This document shows, in pieces, positions 31,728-37,721 of a stretch of 40,000 nt of DNA; position 1 is the stretch's first letter, and every line of letters starts with the position of its first letter. The stretch is from Halobellus marinus. GTDB taxonomy: Archaea; Halobacteriota; Halobacteria; Halobacteriales; Haloferacaceae. Under the pieces are notes generated by a model. The model saw nothing but the letters and a program-made list of their open reading frames with translations, was not told where the DNA came from and did no database searches. The stretch lies in NCBI RefSeq assembly GCF_032113415.1, contig NZ_CP134946.1, positions 1,614,333 through 1,654,332 of the forward strand, read 5' to 3'. The translations under genes and the position numbers were made by a program.

Positions 31728-33950
31728 ATGCTTCCGAACAGCGATGGTCCTTCGAACGACGAGGGAACGGCGAAAATTTCGGATGTACGGGGCGCTCTGG
31801 CAGCCGTCACATCGTCGCTCGCGGGCGTCGACTCCGTGTTTGGCAGTCCGGACCGGAAAGCAGGGAATCCATCCCCGGACGGCGGCGTCCCGGCCGACGC
31901 CTGTAAGTGTCAGTCCTCCATCGAGCGGCCGCAGGGAACCGGGATCACGGATCGCCGGGAACTCGTTGTCGACGCGACTGCTTGCCCAGGCGACGGCGAC
32001 CTCGCAGCCGCCCCCGCCTGTCGATCGACCGTGATATCGGCGCTCGCAGACCGTGACGCGGACGTCGTTCGGACGCGGAGCGACGGCCGGGAGCGGACGT
32101 ACGCCGAGGAGTCGATGGGGCTCCTCCTCGCCGCGGGTCGCTTCGTCGAGCGTGTCGGGTTTCACGACGACTCGCTGGCCGAGCGGGCGCGCCGAGATCC
32201 CGTCGCCGCAGCGCACAGAGCAACCGGGCGAGCAGGAGCAGTCGCTCGCATCGCGGCCGAAACCGGCCTCACGGAGGGTGCCGCCCGCGTCGTCGGAGAG
32301 GCGACGGCGACCGGGAAGACCGACTCTACGCCGACCGGCGGCGACGCCTCCGTCGACCACCTGCCGCCGGGAAACGAAGACGCCTCGGTCGGCCGCCCGT
32401 CGCCGAGAAACGAAGACGCCTCCGTCAGCCACCTGTCGTCGAAGGACAGCGACGCCTCCGTCGATTACGACGATGTCCTGCGCGCCTACGTCGGACCGAC
32501 GCTATCCCGATGTCGGGTATCCCGCCGGCCACCGGACGCCCCGATCCGTGAGACCCGCGATCTCGAAACCGGCGCGACGGTCCGGATCGTCGAAGCGACG
32601 GATGGGCCCCGATATCACCTTGCTCCCGTCGCCCACGAGCTCGACGCCGACGCGACGGCGACACTCGCGGCCGCCTACGATGTCCTCGCGAACGGCTCCG
32701 TCGGCGGCGGTGACCGGGCCGCGGGACGGGCGATCAGGCGCGTTGCTGACACGGATGATCCGATGGAGACGCTAACTGCGGTCCTCGAACGGCACACCCG
32801 CGGGTTGGGCGTCCTCGAGCACCTCTTCGCCGATGCACGCGTCTCTGAGGTCGTGGTCTCGGCGCCGGTAACGGACTCGCCAGTCAGAGTCGTTATCGAC
32901 GGCGACCGCGTTCCGACGAACGTCCGGCTGACGCCCGACGGCGCCGCGTCCCTCGCCTCGCGCTTTCGACGGGAGAGCGGCCGCGCCTTCTCCCGCAGTT
33001 CCCCGACGCTCGATGCCGCGGTCGTCGCCGAGACCGGTCGACAGATCCGCGTCGCGAGCGTGACGGCGCCAGCCAGTGACGGTGTCGGATTCGCGTTTCG
33101 CGTCCGCGACGAGACGGCCTTCACGCTCGCGAGACTCGTGGCTGTCGGGTCGCTATCGCCCGCGGCGGCGGGGTTCCTCTCTCTCGTCGTCCAGCGCGGT
33201 GCGGCGACGATCGTCGCCGGCACGCGCGGCGCCGGCAAGACGACCCTCCTGGGAGCGCTCCTCTGGGAACTCCCCGAGTCGACGCGCCTGGTGAGCATCG
33301 AGGACACGCCGGAACTCCCGATCGAGGCACTCCGCGAGCACGGGCGTGACGTTCAGGCGCTTCATACTGATGTCGGGGAGGGAATCGAAGCGGCTGACAG
33401 CGCGGCCGGAGACGGGCGTGCGTTTTCGCCGACCGATGCCCTCCGGACAGCACTCAGACTCGGAGACGGCGCGCTCGCAATCGGCGAAGTCAGGGGCGAA
33501 GAGGCCGCCGCCCTCTACGAGGCGATGCGGATCGGTGCCCACGGCCACGCCGTCCTCGGGACAATCCACGGCGACTCCGCGGCCGCGGTCCGGGAGCGGG
33601 TCGTCTCGGATCTCGGCGTGCCGCCAGCCTCCTTCGCTGCGACGGACATCGTCGTCACCTGCGCCCACGACGGGGACTCCCGCCACGTCGCTGCAATCGA
33701 GGAGGTCCGTTCGACCGACGACGGGACGACCTTCGTCCCGCTGTACGAACGCGAGAACGCGAAGCTACACCCGACAGGCGTCGTGGCTCGCGGAGACAGC
33801 GCGGTCCTGGAACGGCTCCGTGCGAGCGGGGAATCATACGGCGACCTCCTCTCGCTACTGGAAGGGCAACGAAGGCGTTTCGAGCGGCTCGCGAGCGTCG
33901 GGCTGACCGCTCCCGGGGATCTCGATCGCTCGCACAGCGAGAGCCGATGA
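31728..33950 (+). CDS. type II/IV secretion system ATPase family (PilB/FlaI/TadA/VirB11-like) with ~390-aa N-terminal extension
   Basis: Walker A 'VAGTRGAGKTTLL', Walker B/Asp box 'RLVSIEDTPEL', 'IGEVRGEEA', His box 'LGTIHGDS'. Start set at ATG 31728, in frame with track ORF 31656 and 27 nt downstream of the P2 TATA. Confidence 0.9.
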   Translation: MLPNSDGPSNDEGTAKISDVRGALAAVTSSLAGVDSVFGSPDRKAGNPSPDGGVPADACKCQSSIERPQGTGITDRRELVVDATACPGDGDLAAAPACRSTVISALADRDADVVRTRSDGRERTYAEESMGLLLAAGRFVERVGFHDDSLAERARRDPVAAAHRATGRAGAVARIAAETGLTEGAARVVGEATATGKTDSTPTGGDASVDHLPPGNEDASVGRPSPRNEDASVSHLSSKDSDASVDYDDVLRAYVGPTLSRCRVSRRPPDAPIRETRDLETGATVRIVEATDGPRYHLAPVAHELDADATATLAAAYDVLANGSVGGGDRAAGRAIRRVADTDDPMETLTAVLERHTRGLGVLEHLFADARVSEVVVSAPVTDSPVRVVIDGDRVPTNVRLTPDGAASLASRFRRESGRAFSRSSPTLDAAVVAETGRQIRVASVTAPASDGVGFAFRVRDETAFTLARLVAVGSLSPAAAGFLSLVVQRGAATIVAGTRGAGKTTLLGALLWELPESTRLVSIEDTPELPIEALREHGRDVQALHTDVGEGIEAADSAAGDGRAFSPTDALRTALRLGDGALAIGEVRGEEAAALYEAMRIGAHGHAVLGTIHGDSAAAVRERVVSDLGVPPASFAATDIVVTCAHDGDSRHVAAIEEVRSTDDGTTFVPLYERENAKLHPTGVVARGDSAVLERLRASGESYGDLLSLLEGQRRRFERLASVGLTAPGDLDRSHSESR
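32343..32474 (+). repeat. 36-bp in-frame tandem repeat x3.6 within the ATPase N-terminal extension
   Basis: Units start at 32343, 32379, 32415 and 32451 ('GACGCCTCCGTC...'). They encode 'DASVDHLPPGNE / DASVGRPSPRNE / DASVSHLSSKDS / DASVDYDD'. Confidence 0.85.
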
Positions 33951-35704
33951 CTGGATCGCACGCCCGCATCCACAGGCTCGCACGCGGGCTGGCGAAGTGG
34001 TATCCGAGATCAGTCGAGCCGACGACGGAGCTTCGCCGCTCGCTTTCCTTTCTCGAAAGCGACCTCCGAGCGGAGACTGTCGTCCGCGCGGGCTACGTAG
34101 CCGCCCTCCCGAGCGCGCTACTGGTTATCTGCGCCCTGTCGGTCGCCGTCCCCTCGCTTCCGCTCGCGGCCACGCTCCCGGCAGCCGCCGGAATCGGCCT
34201 CGGGACGACGCACGCCCTGCACCGACTTCCGGTCGCGGCTGCGACACTCCGGCGGACCCGGGCGCTCGGTGACGCCCCCGGACTCGTCGCCCGCGCTGCG
34301 CTCCGGCTCAGACTCGATGCGACCCCCGAGCGCGCAGCGATATTCGCCGCCAGGACCGGCGACGGCCCGCTTGCCCGCAGCCTCGCAGCGCACGCGGATC
34401 GAACTCGCCTCGGCCCGGCAGCCGGGTTCGAGGCCTTCGCCGACGAGTGGCAGCCGTGGTTCCCCGCGCTCGAACGCTCGGTTTCGCTGCTTTCTGCCGC
34501 CGTCGAGGCGCCGACCGGCGAGCGGGAGAGCGCACTCGATCGCGCACTGGAGACGATCCTCGACGGCGCCCGGAGCGAGATGGCCGACTTCGCCGGCAAC
34601 GTCCGCGGACCGGCGAGTGGGATCTATGCGTTCGGGGTTCTCCTGCCCCTCGCGCTCGTCGGCGTGTTGCCCGCGGCCCGTGCCGCTGGCGTGGTCGTCC
34701 CTGCGACAGTGTTCATCGTACTCTACGACGTCGTCCTGCCGGTCGCACTCGTGGTTGCTGGCGTGTGGCTCCTCCTGCGCCGTCCGATTGCCGTGCCCCC
34801 GCCGCGGGTGACGAGGGCGCATCCCGACGTTCCATCGGGAGTGGCGCGCGGCATCGGCGCCGGGATCTGTGGGCTCGGCGTCGGGGCCATAGCTGGCTCG
34901 CTGGTCGCGACTTGGGCCACGCCGGTCGCCGCTGCGGGCCTTGGGACTGGCGCCGCGCTCGCGGTTCATTACCGTCCGATGCGGGCGGTACGTCGGGAAG
35001 TCCGGGAGATCGAATCCGGACTCGCTGACTCGACGGCGGTGGTCGGTCGCCGCGTGGGCGCCGGAGAATCAGTCGAGACGGCCATCGGAGCAGCCGCCGA
35101 GGCCACGACGGGACGGACTGCGGAACTCTTCGAATCCGCGGCTGGCGTCCAGCGTCGGCTGCGTGTCCCCATCTCCCGGGCGTTCCTCGGCGATCACGGC
35201 GCGCTCAGCGAGGTACCGAGCCCCAGGGCCCGTGCGACCGCCGAACTCTTTTCTGTCGCTGCCAGGGAGGGCCGTCCGTCCGGGCCGACACTCGTTACGC
35301 TGGCGGATCACCTGACAGAGCTCCGGCGAGTCCAGGCCGATGCACGCCGGGAGCTTGCGGCGATTACTGGTACACTCGCCCATACGGCGGCGCTGTTCGG
35401 GCCGCTCGTCGGCGGTGCGACCGTCGCGATGGCGACTCAGATGGCCGCGACGGAACCGACAGCCGTCGAGAGCGCCTCGCTGGGTGGCACTGCTGCACCG
35501 GGAGCCGCAACGCTCGCGCCGTCGACGCTCGGGATTGCCGTCGGCGTCTACGTGCTCGCGCTCGCGGTGATCCTCACCGCGGTGGCGACGGGCCTCGATC
35601 GCGGTCTCGATCGCTCGCTCGTCGGGTATCGCATCGGGCTGGCGATGTGTTCGGCGACGGCGGCGTATCTCGTGGCTTTCCTGGGTGCGTCGATGCTGTT
35701 CTGA
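33947..35704 (+). CDS. polytopic platform protein, T2SSF-like (PilC/TadB-C/FlaJ family)
   Basis: 585 aa with ATGA overlap to the ATPase stop. Two helical-domain + TM modules. The second fits the T2SSF pattern: 'GLADSTAVVGRRVGAGESVETAIGAAA...LVTLADHLTELRRVQADARRELAAITGTLAHTAALFGPL'. Confidence 0.75.
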   Translation: MTGSHARIHRLARGLAKWYPRSVEPTTELRRSLSFLESDLRAETVVRAGYVAALPSALLVICALSVAVPSLPLAATLPAAAGIGLGTTHALHRLPVAAATLRRTRALGDAPGLVARAALRLRLDATPERAAIFAARTGDGPLARSLAAHADRTRLGPAAGFEAFADEWQPWFPALERSVSLLSAAVEAPTGERESALDRALETILDGARSEMADFAGNVRGPASGIYAFGVLLPLALVGVLPAARAAGVVVPATVFIVLYDVVLPVALVVAGVWLLLRRPIAVPPPRVTRAHPDVPSGVARGIGAGICGLGVGAIAGSLVATWATPVAAAGLGTGAALAVHYRPMRAVRREVREIESGLADSTAVVGRRVGAGESVETAIGAAAEATTGRTAELFESAAGVQRRLRVPISRAFLGDHGALSEVPSPRARATAELFSVAAREGRPSGPTLVTLADHLTELRRVQADARRELAAITGTLAHTAALFGPLVGGATVAMATQMAATEPTAVESASLGGTAAPGAATLAPSTLGIAVGVYVLALAVILTAVATGLDRGLDRSLVGYRIGLAMCSATAAYLVAFLGASMLF

Positions 35705-35786
35705 TACTGATTACTCTCATCTCTGACCGCCGAGCGCCGCCAACGGGGATGGAGCTCGGCGGGGAAAAGTGAGAGTAATAGTATGA
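35702..35786 (+). repeat. 79-bp structured inverted-repeat element, copy B (TGA-flanked)
   Basis: TGA(35702-04)-[TACTGATTACTCTCA...CCGCCGAGC G CCGCCAACGG GGATGGA GCTCGGCGG GGAAAAG TGAGAGTAAT-AGTA]-TGA(35784-86). ~85% identical to copy A. The 5' TGA is the platform-gene stop. Confidence 0.85.
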
Positions 35787-35815
35787 CTGAGCTCTCACTC
35801 CGGCGCCAGTATCGT

Positions 35816-35852
35816 CCGAGCGTTTATATACGGGGACGCGGCCAACCGCCCT
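35816..35852 (+). promoter_or_regulatory. promoter/leaderless-start module P3
   Basis: 'CCGAGCGTTTATATACGGGGACGCGGCCAACCGCCCT' directly precedes ATG 35853. Same TATA and CGCGGCCA spacing as P1 and P2. Confidence 0.7.
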
Positions 35853-36332
35853 ATGTTCGACCTGCCGCTCGAAGCGTGGTACGGCTGGATCGGGCTGTCA
35901 CTGGCGGGCGTCGCGCTCGTCGGCGCGGCAGCCGGGCTCCCGACAGCACCGCCGCCGGACGCCGAAGCCGTCGCCGGGACGGTCGACCGCGTCGCGGCCG
36001 CCGAGTACACCGCGACCGGGGAGCATCCGCTCGAAGCCGACGAGATTCGGCTCGGGGTCCGTCGAATCGGGCTCCGCTCGGACGCTGGCACGGCGCACGC
36101 GACGCTGGCGTTCGGCCCCGTCACGCCCGTCCCCGTCGGCGACTCGCCGCTCCGAGACGTCCTGTATGGCACGTCCCCGAGCCGGGTCTTTGATTCGCCA
36201 CAGGCGTTCCGGGAAGCGATCGTCGGGGCGCGGGCCGATGGTCAGGACGCCACCTGGCGAGAGGTCGATCGAACGCTGATCGTCCGACGCGTCACCTGGG
36301 AGGGAGTGGATGTCGTCCTCGTCGATGCGTGA
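35853..36332 (+). CDS. N-terminally membrane-anchored protein, function unknown (cluster component)
   Basis: 159 aa. N-terminal 'WYGWIGLSLAGVALVGAAAGL' followed by a soluble domain. Leaderless-type promoter P3. Confidence 0.65.
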   Translation: MFDLPLEAWYGWIGLSLAGVALVGAAAGLPTAPPPDAEAVAGTVDRVAAAEYTATGEHPLEADEIRLGVRRIGLRSDAGTAHATLAFGPVTPVPVGDSPLRDVLYGTSPSRVFDSPQAFREAIVGARADGQDATWREVDRTLIVRRVTWEGVDVVLVDA

Positions 36333-36777
36333 GGCATCTCCGCGGGAACCCTGCAGGTCCTCTCGCGCATTCTCCACCCGCTCCCGAGCACAGACGACGC
36401 CGGTCGTGGCACTGATCGCTCTCCTTGCGGTCTGTACCGGCGTCTCGCTGTATGCTACCTCACTCGGGGCTGTGGTGCCCACGGGGACCGACAACGCGCT
36501 CGCCGAGCCGACGCTCGATCGCGTGTACGATGCTGTGAGTGAGGGCGGGGTGGTCTCGCCGGTCGGCCTCTCTCGTGCCGAGACCGTCGCGCCCGATGGG
36601 CATCATCTCGCAGTCGTGGTCACGACGCCCGATGGTCGCTGGACGAACGGACGGATGTCTCCCGCAGGAGCAGGTTCTCCCGAGACGGCTGTCGATACCG
36701 CCGATCGCCCGGTGAGTGTCGCGCTCGGCGACGGCAGCGTCGTCTGGGGTCGGCTCCGCGTTTACGTGTGGCGATGA
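36310..36777 (+). CDS. pilin-like protein candidate (basic N-terminus, then a hydrophobic helix)
   Basis: 155 aa. 'TRSRAQTTPVVALIALLAVCTGVSLYA' resembles a class III signal peptide ([KR][GA] followed by a hydrophobic stretch). An SD-like 'GGGAGGGAGTGG' precedes ATG 36310. Overlaps the upstream gene by 23 nt; ATG 36325 is an alternative start. Confidence 0.6.
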   Translation: MSSSSMREASPREPCRSSRAFSTRSRAQTTPVVALIALLAVCTGVSLYATSLGAVVPTGTDNALAEPTLDRVYDAVSEGGVVSPVGLSRAETVAPDGHHLAVVVTTPDGRWTNGRMSPAGAGSPETAVDTADRPVSVALGDGSVVWGRLRVYVWR

Positions 36778-37721
36778 ACGCGGCGATCGATGCGGTGCTG
36801 TGCCTGCTACTCATCTCGGCGGCCGTCGTCGGACTCGTCGGGGTCGACAGCCCGTCGACGGAAGACCCCGGACGGGCCGACGCCGTCGCGGCGACGCTTG
36901 CGACCACGACTGCGCAGGTCAACTACTCACTCGCGCCCGGACTCGAAGCCGCACGGGACTCCGAGAGGACACCGGGCAACCGGAGCAGCGCAGCGAGGAG
37001 TGGCTCACGGACCGGTGCGGCTGATTCGCCCGAACTCGATCGGACGGCACACGGTAGCCTCGGCGGACTCCTCGCGCGCGCCGCGACCGCAAACAGCGGT
37101 CTCGCCGGGAGTGGGATCACAGATGCGAACGGAACGTCCGCTGTGTCGGAACGGACGCCACTCACGCGAACCCGGATCGACTTCCGTCGCGCTGTTCGCG
37201 ACGCGGTACGAGCCCGAACCGGCGCGCGGATCCGCATCGATGCGATCTGGCGACCGTATCCTGGAGCCCCGATCGGCGGCAGAGCCACCGTCGGCCCCGA
37301 GCCCCCGTCCACCGGGGTGGACGCCGCGACGCTCACGGTTCCCACTCGCGCCGATCCGGTCTCCGAGTCGGCGACGACCGATTTCGATGCGCTCGGGGCC
37401 GCGGTCGCAAACCGGACCGTTGCCGTCCTCGTGCCGCCCGGTCCCGCGCGGATCACGCTCCGTGGTGACGACCCGACCGCTGCCCTGGTTCGACATCGAT
37501 ACGACCGACTTGCAGCCGTGACGAACACCTCGCTCTCGACGCCGCTTGCGACTGAAGACACGGACGCGGCGAACGCTCGGCTCGCAGACGCGCTTGCGCC
37601 GCGGATGGCCGCGGACCTTCGGAATCGGTACGACGGCCCAACGGCGGCGGCCGAGAACGTCTCCGTCTCGTCGGTCCGGATCGTCGTCCAAACGTGGGAC
37701 GCCGGTGAGGAGGCCCGCTGA
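36774..37721 (+). CDS. N-terminally anchored protein, function unknown (cluster component)
   Basis: 315 aa from the ATG at 36774, which forms an ATGA overlap with the upstream stop; the track start 36768 is a GTG. N-terminal 'MNAAIDAVLCLLLISAAVVGLVGV'. Confidence 0.65.
   Translation: MNAAIDAVLCLLLISAAVVGLVGVDSPSTEDPGRADAVAATLATTTAQVNYSLAPGLEAARDSERTPGNRSSAARSGSRTGAADSPELDRTAHGSLGGLLARAATANSGLAGSGITDANGTSAVSERTPLTRTRIDFRRAVRDAVRARTGARIRIDAIWRPYPGAPIGGRATVGPEPPSTGVDAATLTVPTRADPVSESATTDFDALGAAVANRTVAVLVPPGPARITLRGDDPTAALVRHRYDRLAAVTNTSLSTPLATEDTDAANARLADALAPRMAADLRNRYDGPTAAAENVSVSSVRIVVQTWDAGEEAR

Noticed and set aside
35783-36193. 136-aa + ORF starting at the ATG in element B's 3' arm
   Set aside because: It is out of frame with, and mostly overlapped by, the well-supported gene at 35853-36332. 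It crosses the P3 TATA box, and its translation is Arg-rich.
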